The notes beneath the pieces are model-generated. The model made no database searches and was not told where the DNA came from. It saw nothing but the letters and a program-made list of their open reading frames with translations. From Felis catus (Eukaryota), in contig NC_058368.1 of assembly GCF_018350175.1 (NCBI RefSeq), positions 144,214,001 through 144,278,000 of the forward strand: a stretch of DNA of 64,000 bases. The letters are read 5' to 3'. A program made the position numbers and the translations under genes. Positions 1 to 12,125 of the stretch are shown in pieces; position 1 is the first letter of the stretch; each line of letters begins with the position of its first letter.

Positions 1-282
1 ATAATCTGTGATAGGTGAAGGCTGACTGAGTACATAAAGCTATCAGTCTTAGTTCTAATTAATTGTAGCAGGGCTTGAGGTGCTGAGGTTCATGACCTGC
101 CAGTCTTTACATTGTCTTTCATGATGGGAAAGACAGTTCACCCACAGTTCTTTCTAGAGCTGAAAGTATTTGATTCTGTGAAGAATGGAAGGCAAAGACC
201 TTGTCATTCAGAAGTAAGGTTTAAATTATTTTGCATACATCAAGTTTTGAGATTAGACATAACACATCACTTTCCAATATAG

Positions 283-403
283 GTTGTGGAAATCGGCAGA
301 AGTAAAAAGAGACCACTGGAGAATGATGGGCCTGTTCAAAAGAAAGCAAAGAAAGTCCAAGAAAAGGAAGGAGGGAGTGATTCAGTAATGTCTGGGAATG
401 TTG
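283..403 (+). CDS. MSH3: MSH3 exon 2 (121 nt): [40 protein letters not shown]; basic bipartite NLS-like segment
   Basis: Acceptor tttccaatatAG (281-282), donor G|GTGAGT (404); ends in phase 1. Confidence 0.95.
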
Positions 404-669
404 GTGAGTCTTGGGGCGAGGAGTCTTCATTCTCAGGAGTCATGACACTGACACTGCATTCTCCAAAGAGCAGAGGAGGTTATTGGAGAGTTGTGCCATT
501 TTTTCCCTTTGTGGAAAAAAAATCTCCATTGCGCTTGAGTAGTGTGGCCCCTCCATATGTGGTGGTGTGAGTAGGAGGTTGGGGGAGTGGGAGTAAAGCT
601 GGAATTCTGGAATTTGCTGTGGTTCTTCCCATTTTCTCTTTTATTTCTCCTACCTAATTTTTTATCCTG

Positions 670-848
670 ATTTTTAAAAATGTTTATTTATTTTGAGAGA
701 AAGAGAGAGAGTGAGCGAGAGAGAATCCCAAGCAGGCTCCATGCCCAGCGCAGAGCCGGATGTGGGACTTGATCCCACGACCATGAGATCATGACCTGAG
801 CTGAAATCAAGAGTTGGATGCTTAATCGACTAAGCCACCCAGGCGCCT
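670..848 (-). mobile_element. CAN-SINE
   Basis: T tail, GA tract, ...GAGATCATGACCTGAGCTGAA...GCCACCCAGGCGCC. Confidence 0.9.
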
Positions 849-951
849 CTGTCCAGATTTTAAAAGTTTTATAAAAATTTCAAACATAGAAATGTACAAG
901 GTAGACCATGAAAGGACACTATAGTCACAACCTTTTAGTGAGGCCTTATGG

Positions 952-1143
952 TAACACATATTTTGTATGTTATGTATATTATATGCTGTATTTTTAGACC
1001 AAAGTAAGCCAGAGGAAACAAAATGTTATTAAGAAAATCATAGGAGAAAATATATTTACAGTAGTGTACTGTTCTTTATTGAAAAAAATCCCCAGTAAGT
1101 GGACCTGTGTAGTTCAAACCATGTTGTTTAAGGGTCAACTGTA
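952..1143 (+). mobile_element. Tigger2-family (Tc1/mariner) end fragment
   Basis: Ends with the TIR-like CATGTTGTTTAAGGGTCAACTG followed by TA. Confidence 0.7.
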
Positions 1144-2385
1144 TTTTATAAATTGTATTATACTGTATGTACTAATTTACAGCTATCATTTTCCACTTAA
1201 CACTTCAAACAGTTTTCAATGTCAAGGACATGTAAATCTACCCTGTGCTTTTTTAGCATGGCAGTGTTCTTTCTGTATGCTAAAAGTCTTTGGATAAAAC
1301 CACCATTCTTGAGCTCGTGTACTTCTGGGGGTGGTGTTGGATTTATAGATGGCTGAGCAATGTTTCTTTAGTTTTTGGCCTCAGAGAGCTTGTTATGAGA
1401 TGACAGAAAATGCTTCTTTCTTTATTATCCCTCAAAATGAGGTAGAGAATGAGACAAAAGAAAAGCCGAAAAAGTCTCATTTTAGTGGGTCAGCATAAAG
1501 GTATCTATCCTTCCTCAGAAGGTAAAATTTGGATTTGGGGTCAGCATGAAAGCCTTAGTATGAAATAACTATAGAGATGGGAAGGTATGCTTAAAGAGAA
1601 AGATAAATCTGATAATACCCTTTCTGTTGTCAGTAAGGCAGTCGACTTACGATGTTTTGAAATAAGACCTTTGCTACTTGTTAAAAATGGCGCTCGGGAA
1701 AAAGGGAAAGGAACATCTACCAGTCAAGCTCTTCCATTTGGTTTCCAGTCTTATTAGACCTTGTGCTTCATTTTCGATCAGTTCTCCTGCTGTGTTTTCA
1801 AATTCAGTAATCTTCTGTGGTGTCTAATTTGCCATAAATCTCGTTCAGTGAAATGTTCATTTCAGATATTATACTTTTCACCCTTAGAATTTCTACTTCT
1901 TTTAAAAAACACTCATGTTTGTCTGTGTGAATTATATCTCAGTAGAGCTGTTACCAAAAAAAAACCCCAACAAAAACAAAAACAAAAAAAACCCCAAAAA
2001 ACCCACAAAACAAATTCAAAGAAACAAAACTTCCCTTTTGTTCTTTATTTCTTTAAATTTATTTTGTTCTTTTTTCTTTACTTTTTTGATTATGTGGAAT
2101 ATATTTATAATATCATGTCTCTATATGGTAATTCTGTCATCTCTGTCATTTTTGGGTCTGTAACCTTTGACTGTTATTTCCTTCTTTTTTCATGTCTAGA
2201 AATTGTTTTGATCACAGATACTTTGGACTCTCTGTTAATTACGTTAGGTTTTGTGTTTCTTTAACGAACGTTGGATATTGTTCTTGCAAGCAGTTAAATT
2301 CTTCGTGGATTTGTTTGATTTTTTTAAGAATTGCTTTTAAGTTTTGGAAGAGAAGATTTAGAGTAGTTCTTAAAGTTTGATTTTC

Positions 2386-2694
2386 TAGAGTTAGAAAGGA
2401 GTGCTCGGTAGCAGTAGCACATTATTGTATAGTATTTCTACTACCGGGAGACGACAGACATTAATAACCTTTAGAACATAGGTAATAGTGAAGGATAGTA
2501 ACACTTTTATAAGATGATGAGGTTTGAGTATTTATTATCTTTGTTTTTAATATAATTTATTTAATTGTAAGTTTATATAATCTAATTTGTAATAATGGCT
2601 GTGTTTGACAACTGGTTCACAAAATTCTTAAAGATTTAACAGTTGCCTCTAGTAAGTAAGCCAATATCAACTGGCCACATCTAATACACCACTA
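2386..2694 (-). mobile_element. MER63-like hAT-Blackjack DNA transposon fragment
   Basis: TTTGAGTATTTATTATCTTTGTTTTTAATATAATTTATTTAATTGTAAGTTTATATAA...TAATGGCTGTGTTT matches recalled MER63 consensus. Confidence 0.65.
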
Positions 2695-2699
2695 GTATG

Positions 2700-2982
2700 T
2701 AAGCTAGTTTGAGTTTTCTCATAGCTTGAGTCTCCAAGGATGACCACCCGGAGAGTCAGACAGAAGCTGTATTGATTTTAAGATCTAGCTCCAGAATTTA
2801 CATAGTGTTGCATCTGCCTTACTGTGTTGGTTGAGTTAGTTACAAAGATCTGTCTTCGTTCAATGGGAGAGAACATATAGATCCTGTCTCTCAGTACAGG
2901 AGCATCAGCATCACATTGTAGGAAGAGCAAATGGGATGGGATATATATGTTTGGCTATTTTTGATAAATAAAATCTCCTACA
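2700..2982 (-). mobile_element. Old MLT1 (G/H-like) LTR fragment
   Basis: Resembles an MLT1 end (CAGAAGCTGTATTG...GGCTATTTTTG...AAATCTCCTACA). Confidence 0.5.
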
Positions 2983-3559
2983 TTGCTCAAAATTCAGACT
3001 TGACATTTTCTGTTATTAATATTCTTATATGAATTACATAAACATAGAACTCTATCTCAGAAGCATTTTGATAAATACAAATATCTGTTATCTTAATGCT
3101 ATACAAATAAATTCACACTTTTATGAATACAATCCAAAGACTTGTAACCCACCCCCATCCTGGGAAAGTTATATTACATCTGTAGAAGGGAAGGCCTTGT
3201 ATAATATACACACTCATAGTATAGAATGATTCATGTATACATTTTATTTTTCTATTTATGTATTTATTTACATCCAAGTTAGTTAACATATAGTGCAATA
3301 ATTTCAGGAGTAGATTCCATTGATTCATCCCCTACGTATAACATGCAGTGCCCATCCCAACAAGTGTCTTCTTTAATGCCCTTTACCCATTTAGCCCATC
3401 CCCCTGCCTACCACTCCTCCAGCAACCCTCAGTTTGTTCTCTGTATTTAAAAGTTTTGGATGTTTTGTTGCCCTCCTTGTTTTTATATTATTTTTGCTTT
3501 CCTTCCCTTATGTTCATCTGTTTATATCTTAAATTCCTCATATGAGTGAAGTCACGATA

Positions 3560-6500
3560 TTTTCTTTCTGTGACTAATTTGGCTTAACATAATACTCTTT
3601 AGTTCCATCCACATAGTTGCAAATGGCAAGATTTCATTCTTTTTTGATTGTTGAGTAATACTGCATATATATGTGTGTGTGTGTGTGTGTGTATACACAC
3701 ACACCACATCTTCGTTATCCATTCATCTGTTGGTGGACATTTGGGCTCTTTCCATACTTCAATTATTGTTGATAGCACTGCTATAAACATTGGAGTGCAT
3801 GTGCCCCTTTGAAACAGCACACCTGTATCCCTTGGATAAATACCTAGTAGTGCGACTGCTGGGTCCTAGGTAGTTGTATTTTTAGTTTTTTGAGGGACCT
3901 CCATACTGTTTTCCAGAGCGGCTGCACCATATTGCATTCTCACCAACAGTACAAAAGAGATCCGTCTGTTGTTGCCTGAGTTGTTAATTTTAGCCATTCT
4001 GGGGGCGCCTGGGTGGCTCAGTCGGTTAAACGTCCGACTTCAGCTCAGGTCATGATCTCTCGGTTTGTGAGTTCAAGCCCCGCGTCGGGCTCTGTGCTGA
4101 CAGCTCAGAACCTGGAGCATCTTTCAGATTCTGTGTCTCCTCCTCTCTCTGCCCCCCCCCCCCCCCCGCTCATGCTGTGTCTCTCTCTGTCTCTTAATAA
4201 TAAATAAATGTTTAAAAAAAATTTTAGCCATTCTGATAGGTGTGAGGTGGCATCTCATTGTGATTTTGATTTGTATTTCCCTGATGATGAGAGATGTGTC
4301 GGCCATCTGGAGTCTTCTTTTGGAGAAGTGTCTATTCATGTCTTTTGCCCATTTCTTCACTGAATTATTATTTTTGGGGGGCATTGAGTTTGGTAAGTTC
4401 TTTATAGATTTTGGATGCTAACCCTTTATCTGATAGGTCATTTGCAAATATCTTCTCCCATTCTGTTGGTTGCCTTTTAGTTTTGCTGATTTCCTTTGCT
4501 GTGCAGAAGCTTTTTATCTTGATGAAGTCCCATTCATTCATTTTTGCTTTTGTTTCCCTTGACTCCAGAGACCTCTTGACTAAGAAGTTGCTATGGCCAA
4601 GGCTAAACGGTCTTTTGCCTGCTTTCTCCTCTAGGATTTTGATGGCTTCTTGTCTTACATTTAGGTCTTTCATCCATTTTGAGTTTATTTTTGTGCATGG
4701 TGTAAGAAAGTGGTCCAGGTTCATTCTTCTGCATGTTGCTGTCCAGTTTTCCCAGCACCTCTTGCTGAAGAGACTGTCTTTATTCCGTTGGATATTCTTT
4801 CTTGCTTTGTCAAAGATTAGTTGGCCATACGTTTGTGGGTCCATTTCTGGGTTCTCTATCCTGTTCCATTGATCTGAGTGTCTGTTTTTGTGCCAGTACG
4901 ATACTGTCTTGATTACAGCTTTGTAATACAGCTTGAAATCTGGGATTGTGATACCTCCAGCTTTGGTTTTCTTTTTCAGGGTTGCTTTGGCTATTTGGGG
5001 TCTTGTCTGGTTCCATACAAATTTTAGGATTGTTTGTTCTACCTCTGTGAAGAATGCTGGTGTTATTTTGATAGAAATTGCATTGAATATGTAGATTTCT
5101 TTGAGCTGTATCTACATTTTAACAATATTTTTTTCTTCCAATCCAGGAACATAGAATATTTTTCCATTTTTTTTTGGTCTTCTTTAATTTCTTTCATAAG
5201 CTTTCTCTAGTTTTCAGTGTATAGATTTTTCACCTCTTTGGTTAGATTTATTTCTAGGTATTTTATGGTTTTTGGTACAGTTGTAAATGGGATCAATTTC
5301 TTGATTTCTCTTTCCATTGCTTCATTATTGGTGTGTGGGAATGCAACTGATTTCTGTGCATTGATTTTATATCCTGCGACTTTGATGAATTCATGGATAA
5401 GTTCTAGAAGTTTTTTCATGGAATCTTTTGGGTTTTCCATATAGAGTATCATGTCTGTGAAGAGTGACTTCCTCCTTGCTGACTTGGATGCCTTTATTCA
5501 TTTGTGTTGTCTGATTGCTGAGGCTAGGACTTCTAATACTAGGTTGAATAACAGTGGTGAGAGTGGACATCCCTGTTGTGTTTCTGACCTTAGGGGGAAA
5601 GCTCTCAGTTTTTCCCCATTGAAGATGATATTAGTGATGAGTCTTTTCTATATGAGTTTTATGATCTTGAGGTATGATCCTTCTATCCCTGCTTTCTCGA
5701 GGCTTTTTATCAAGAAATGATACTGTGTTTTGTCAAAAGCTTTCTCTGCATCTATTGAGAGAATCATGTGGTTCTTGTCCTTTCTTTTATTGATGTGATG
5801 TATCACATTGATTGTTTTGTGGTTATTGAACCAGCCCTGCATCCCAGGTATAAATCCCACTTGGCCATGGTGAATAATTATTTTAATGTATTGTTGGATC
5901 CGGTTGGCTAGTTGTTGAGGATTTTTGCATCCATGTTCATCAGGGAAATTGGTCTGTAGTTCTCCTTTTTAGTGGGGTATTTGGTTTTGGAATCAAGGTA
6001 ATGCTGGCTTCATAGAAAGAGTTGAAAGTTTTCCTTCCATTTCTATTTTTTGGAACAGCTTCAAAAAATAGGTGTTAACTCTTCTTTAAACGTTTGGTAG
6101 AATTTCCTTGGAAAGGCTTCTGGTCCTGGACTTTTGTTTTTTGGGGGATTTTTGATTACTGATTCGATATCTTTACTGGTTATGGATCTGTTCAAATTTT
6201 CTATTCTTGTTTCAGTTTTGGTAGTTTAAATGTTTTTGGGAACTTGTCCATTTCTTCCAAATTGCCCAATTTATTGGCATATAATTGCTTATAATATTCT
6301 CTTATTTGTATTTCTGCAGTGTTGGTTGTGATCTCTCCTCTTTCATTCTTGCTTCTGTTTATTTAGGTCCTTTTTTTTTTTTTCTTTTTGATCAAACTGG
6401 CTAGGGGTTTATCAATTTTGTTAATTCTTTCAAAGAACCAGCTCCTGGCTTCATTGATCTGTTGTACTGTTTTTTTTTTTTTTGTTGTTGTTGTTGTTTA

Positions 6501-7280
6501 AATAGCGTTGATTTCTGCTGTTCATTCTTTAATAGGATGTGCTTTTGTCTCCCAAGTATTGATTGTCTTTCCAAATTTTTTCTTGTGGTTGATTTTGAGT
6601 TTCATAGTGTTGTGGTCTGAAAATATGCACAGTATGATCTCAATCTTTTTATACTTGTTGAGGTCTGATTTGTGTCCCAGTATGTGATCTATTCTGGAGA
6701 GTGTTCCATGTGCACTTGAGAAGAATGTGTATTCTGCTTTAGGTTGAAATGTTCTGAATATACCTATTAAGTCCATCTGGTCCAGTGTGTCATTCAAAGC
6801 CACTGTTTCCTTGTTGATTTTCTGTTTAGATGATCTGTCCATTGCTGTAAGTGGGGTGTTGAAGTCCCCTACTATTATAGTATTAGTATCAGTGAGTTTC
6901 TTTATATTTGTGATTAATTGATTTATATATTTGGGTGCTTTCACATTTGGAGCATAAATGTTTACAGTTGTTATATCTTGGTGGATAGACCCCATAATTA
7001 TGATGTAATGCCCTTCTTCATCTCTTGTTACAGTCTTTATTTTAAAATCTAGATATATGGCTACTCCAGTTTTCTTTTGTTGACCATTAGCATGATAGAT
7101 GGTTCTCCATCCCCTTACTTTCAATCTGAAGGTGTCTTTAGATCTAAAATGGGTCTCTTGTAAACAGCTCATAGATTAATCTTATTTTCTTATCCATTCT
7201 GTTACCCTCTATCATTTGATTGGAGCATTTAGTCTATTGATGTTTAGAGTGAGTACTGAAAGTTATGAATTTATTGCCAT
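3560..7280 (-). pseudogene. L1 ORF2p remnant (endonuclease and reverse transcriptase)
   Basis: Fragments at 6522-7172, 5648-5860, 5207-5452, 4368-4844 and 3599-3820 translate to recognisable ORF2p segments. Frameshifted and SINE-interrupted, with an internal deletion near 6520. Confidence 0.92.
4001..4220 (+). mobile_element. CAN-SINE inserted into L1 ORF2
   Basis: GGGGCGCCTGGGTGGCTCAGTCGGTTAA head, CT-rich tract and A tail; TSD AATTTTAGCCATTCT(G) at 3986-4001 and 4220-4235. Confidence 0.95.
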
Positions 7281-7299
7281 TATGTTGCCTGTAGAGTTG

Positions 7300-8530
7300 G
7301 AGTTTCTGGTGGTGTTCTCTGGTCCTTTCTAGTCTTTATTGCTTTTGGTCTTTCTTGTTTGTTTGTTTGTTTGTTTGTTTTTTTCATATTTTCTGCTCTC
7401 AGAAAGTCTCTCCTAAAATTTCTCACAGGGCTGGTTTAATGGCCACAAACTCCTTTAGTTTTTGTCTGGGAAACTTTTTCTCTCTCCTTCTGTTTTAAAT
7501 GACAGCCTTGCTGGATAAGAATTCTTGGCTGCATATTTTTCCAGTTCAGCACGTTGAATATATCCTGCCACTCCTTTCTGGCCTGCCAAGTTTCTTTGGA
7601 TAGGTCTGCTGCAAACCTGATCTGTCTTTCCTTGTAGGTTAAGATCTGTTTTTCCCTTGCTGCTTTCATGATTCTTTCCTTGCCTGAGCATTTTGTGAAT
7701 TTGACTATCATATGGCTTGTTGATGGTTGGTTTTTATTGAATCTAATGGGAGTTCTCCATGCTTCCTGGATTTTGAGGTCTGTGTCTTTGCCCAGGTTAG
7801 GAAAGTTTTCTGCTATGATTTGTTCATATAAACTTTCTACCCCTTTTTCCTCTCTTTTCATCTTCTGGGACTCCTGTGATTCTGAAGTTATTCCTTTTTA
7901 ATGAACCACTGATTTCTCTAATTCTTAAGTTGTGCTCTTTTGCCTTAGTTTCCCTCTTTTTTCTGCTTCATTATTCTCCATAAGTTTGTCCTCTATATCG
8001 GTGATTCGCTGCTCTGCTTCATCAGTCCTTACCGCTGTGGCATCCATTTGAGATTGCATTTCAGTTATAGCATTTTTAATTTCGTCCTGACTAGCTTTTA
8101 CTTCTTTTATCTCCACATTAAGGGATTCTATGCTTTTTTCAACCCCAGCTAGTATTCTTATTATCATGATAGTAAGAATTATATATTCTTATTAAATTTT
8201 ATTAAATTTATTTTATTAATAAATTATTAAATTTATTTAATTATTAAATTAAATTTATTAAATTATTAAATTAAATTATTAAGTTAAACTTATTAAATTT
8301 AATTTAATATATAAATTCTATATAATAATTTAATTATTAAATTAAACTTATTAAATTATTAAATTTAATTTATTACATTAAACTTATTAAATTAAATTAA
8401 ATATATAAATTCTATATAATAAGAATTCTAAATTCTTGTTTAGATTTCTTGCTTGCTGTGTCTTTGTTAAGTCCCTGACTGTCACTTCTTCCTGTTCCTT
8501 ATTTTGGGGTCAGTTCCTTCGTTTCATCGT
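7300..8530 (-). pseudogene. L1 ORF1p remnant
   Basis: ORF fragments 7925-8167 (coiled coil) and 7436-7861 (IIAENFPNLGKD...IRFAADLSKETWQARKEW); early TGA; interrupted by an AT-rich insertion. Confidence 0.88.
8170..8426. repeat. AT-rich low-complexity insertion built of ATTAAATT-like units, inside L1 ORF1
   Basis: About 255 nt of almost only A/T, with ATATAAATTCTATATAATA repeated and a fold-back palindrome at the left junction. Confidence 0.85.
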
Positions 8531-9849
8531 TTTGAAGGAGGAAAAAGAATTAATAAAATAAAAAAAATAAAAATTAAAAAATTAGGAACAACACAAAAGA
8601 ATCAAATAAATGGTACTAGATCCTAGGTGTGTTTTTGTTCTGGTTGTGAAAGAAGCTTGATGGAGTAGTGAAAAAAGGGAGAGAAAAGGAAAGGAAAAAA
8701 GGGGGGATAAGGGAAAACGTTTGACGATTAAAAAAAATGAACACAGTAAAATAGAATAAAATGAAAGTAAAATAGAATTTAAAAAACTTACAAGAAAGTA
8801 AAAAAAATAGTAAAAAAGAATTAAAAATACTTTTTATAATAACAGAAAATATAAACTTTTTCTTTCTGTATTTAAGAACCAGAAAAGAAAAAGAAAAAAA
8901 TTTGAGTAGATGGACCAGGAAACAGAATGAAATAAGATGGAAATTACATCCAGTTTCCCCTAGAAGTCAAACTATGAAGCACTTTATAGTCCATAAACTA
9001 AGCAGGCATAGAGACTGGTGGTGTTCCTCTAGAGTGTGGTTGGCCCAGTTGGTGTAACAGCTCCATTCTCCACTAGGTGGTGCTGCTTAGTTTACTGGGG
9101 TGGATCGTTGTGGTGCTTATAGGCGTGTATACCCAGGAGCTGGAGGAGTGAAAATGGTGTCACCCAGCTAACCAGCCGCTACTATCAGAACTCTGTGCTC
9201 TCGCCCATTGGCAATCAAGCACCCCTCCTTTGTCTCCAGCTTCCATCCACTCCCCACTTCTACACTGTTGGTGACCAAGCCAGGTGACTTCCAGGTGGCA
9301 CCTCCCTCCCAAGTTTTATCTCAGATGGGGCTGTATTTCCAAATCCCACACTTCTGAGGGCCCTGCAGCTTTGACCTGCTCAGACCCTCTGGGGGAGGGT
9401 CTCACAGAGCAATGGCCTGTTGCCAACCTGCCCCCAGGAATGTTCCAGAGACCGCACTGCTGCCCATGCCCAGAGACTGTGGTGGGGTGCCAGCCTGTCC
9501 CAGAAAAAGTTTGCACGATTGTGTAGCAGCAGCGTTTCAGGGATTATGGTAAATCACAACACACATCTGGCGCCAGGCTTTGTCCTTAACTTCTTTGTTC
9601 CGACACCAGCAAACATGGCTGTTCTCTGGGGTCTGATGAGACCTTTGTATGTGGGGAGGCCCCACAGCTTACCAAATGTCCTCCCAGCAGGGGAGCTGCC
9701 TTTCGCCATGTGGTCCGAGGACCCCTTGGACCTCACTGTCTGCTCCTGGGGATTTTGCCCTTACTACCAGAGCTCTGCCAGGTATTGAGCTGCAGAGTTT
9801 TAGACTCTGTGCTCCCCCTGTTTATAGAATCTTAATGGTATTTAAACCC

Positions 9850-9912
9850 TCTCCTTTCTCCTTTCTCCTTTCTCCTTTCTCCTTTCTCCTTTCTCCTTTC
9901 TCCTTTCTCCCT
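9850..9912 (+). repeat. (TCTCCTT)n heptamer tandem repeat in the L1 5'UTR
   Basis: About 8-9 copies read directly. Confidence 0.9.
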
Positions 9913-11677
9913 TTCTTGTTCATTCCCTTGCAGCTGTTTCCACTCTTCTACTTTCTCTCCAGCTGCTTTCGGGGAGGGGTGCTTTACTCGTACTCTTCCT
10001 GTCTCCATCCTCTCTCTGCAAGCAAAAGCAGCTCCCTCCCCTCCATGGTTTCTCTCTCCCCCAGTTCACCTCTTCACACTTAGTACCTGCTGAGTTCTCT
10101 AGTTCAAGTTGTGCACATTGTTGTGTTAATCCTCACATCAGTTTTCTAGGTGTGCAAGATGGTTTGGTGTTGATCTAGCTGCATTTCAGGGATGAGAGAC
10201 ACAAAACAAACTTCTATGTTACTCTGCCATCTTGGCCCCTGATTCATGTATACATTTTGAAAAGGGGAGAATAATTTGAAAGATTCAAGTGTACGTTATC
10301 CTAGTTACAAGATTAGCAGGAGACAAGGTAAAATATACATCTGAAGAGAGCTTTAAATATAAATATAAAATATATGTATATGTATAATTAAATATAAATA
10401 TGAAAAGTTTTAAACTCTTAGGAATAGGCAAAACACAAGTTTGCCCTCAGAGTGTTTTTGCTTTAATAGGAAAGGTAAGAGATGATACGCAATCCCTTTT
10501 TCATCATATTTAGTAGTAGGAAAAATAATGTATTCTGGCATATGGTAGATAGTAGACAGTAAATGATAGTTTTCCTTCTTTTTTATGGGTTGCTTGCCTA
10601 TGAGTAACTGCCAGGTGGCAGATTGTGGTAAATGCTATGGCAAAATGTGATCTTCTTATAGGGACATGGACAAAAGATGATTTTAAGCTAGGGGAGTTAC
10701 CAAAGAGTTTCATGGAAAAAGTAGTTTTGAGGGGGATCTTGAAGAATGAGTATGATTTTGACACATAGAAATTGGGGTCAGGGCATTCCAGGGAGAAAGA
10801 GTAGCGTGAGCCATGCTGTGCAGGTGGGATAGCAGGTGTGTTGGGAAAGGGTGGTGATCTGCCTTCCTTGGTGAACCCCCTGGTGTTGGTATCTCTAGGT
10901 CTTTCCCATTAAGATGATCAGTTCCGATAGACCAGTCTTCCCTGCTCTTGGCCTGGAGTGGGGAGCTCTGGCTGCCTATGTTATGAGAGCTCATGAAGAA
11001 GAGGCTGGGGTCTTAGCTTACAGTAAACCCATCTTCCCATTATTCCTCTGGCTTGGACCCAGTACTCCATCTTTGCTGTGCCTGTTTTACCTTCTCCAGA
11101 GGAACTTTCAGTCTTCTGCCGAGGTGGAGGAAGCACAGCTGCCCTTGAGCTTGGAGTAGGGTAGGGGTTTAGGATCAACTTGCTTTGAGCCAGTCTTCTT
11201 TATTTTAGAACCTCCCTTTATTACATATTCTGCTGCCCCGATTCCTGAGCCTTTTAATTTTTTCGTGTTATAAATGGTATTGGTTCTTAGTTTTCTTCAC
11301 TACTGGTTTTGGATTTAGCTTTCAGGTGTGCTAAATTGGTTATTGTTTATTCATTTTTCCTTCTAGCTTCAGATATTTTATTTGTACCTGTCACCTCTCC
11401 TTTTCTCTCTGTCCTTATCTGCTCATATATTAAAAAAAAAAAAAAAGGCAAAACCCTACTGTAGTTTGTAATGGAGTTTCATGGCCAAGGGAAATTATAT
11501 GTATGTTTCAGCATGCTATCTTTACCCTGGATCTAAACGTTTCTTTATTTCCTTATCATGTTGTAGTTAGATTTATTGCTTTAATGAGAAGCTCCCTCAA
11601 AAATCTTACACTGGTTATGAATTGATATATGAGAACAAAATACTATTGTTATATTTTCTTCTAATTTGCTAACTAAG

Positions 11678-11898
11678 AGCCAAAGAAATGTCTGAGGATG
11701 AAGACTATTTTAAAGTCTCTGGAAAAATTGAAAGAATTCTGCTGCGATTCTGCCCTTCCTCAAAATAGAGTCCAGACAGAGCCTCCTCAGGAGAGATACG
11801 CAGTTCTGCCAAAATGTACTGATTTTGATGATATTAGTCGTCTCCGTGCAAAGAATGCAGTTTCTTCTGAAGATTCCAAATCTCAAATTAGTCAAAAG
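11678..11898 (+). CDS. MSH3: MSH3 exon 3 (221 nt): [35 protein letters not shown]...QISQK
   Basis: Acceptor ctaactaAG (11676-11677), donor AAG|GTATGT (11899); phase compatible with exons 2 and 4. Confidence 0.93.
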
Positions 11899-11944
11899 GT
11901 ATGTGTTATATAGATGAATACCGATTACTCAGATCAATAGGTTC

Positions 11945-12125
11945 TTTTTTTTTTTTTTAACTAATTTCTTTTCTTTTAAGTTTGTATGTTTATCTTGAGC
12001 GAGAGATTCCCAAGCACTGTCATTGCAGAGGCTGATGCAGGGCTCCAACTCACGAGCCCTGAGATCATGACCTGAGCCAAAACCAAGAGTCAGCTGCTTA
12101 AATGACTCAGCCACCCAGGTGCCCC
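11945..12125 (-). mobile_element. CAN-SINE starting ~45 nt downstream of exon 3
   Basis: Antisense SINE body; TSD-like TAGGTTCT on both sides. Confidence 0.85.

Larger units (their letters stand above)
3246..10239 (-). mobile_element. Full-length but inactivated carnivore/felid LINE-1, antisense in MSH3 intron 2
   Basis: The 5' end on the minus strand reads GGGGCCAAGATGGC (YY1-type motif). ORF1 remnants span ~8530-7300, ORF2 remnants ([31 protein letters not shown]) span ~7280-3560, and a decayed A-tail lies near 3246. The TSD (T)GATTCATGTATACATTTT occurs at 3227-3245 and 10240-10258. Many stops and frameshifts. Confidence 0.96.

Noticed and set aside
286..570. 94-aa ORF as a standalone gene (likewise 11698, 17289, 18088, 24215, 55389)
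   Set aside because: Each is an MSH3 exon plus read-through into flanking intron; splice sites define the true limits.
1761..2264. 167-aa ORF in intron 2
   Set aside because: Low-complexity A/C run within degenerate old-L1-like sequence; no domain or splice support.
9649..10083. ORF0-like antisense ORF (144 aa) in the L1 5'UTR
   Set aside because: Its length is inflated by the stop-free (TCTCCTT)n repeat and pyrimidine-rich sequence. I see no recognisable homology, and ORF0 is described for primate L1s.
3246..10239. Retrotransposition-competent L1
   Set aside because: Both ORFs carry stops, frameshifts and insertions, and ORF2 has a deletion.
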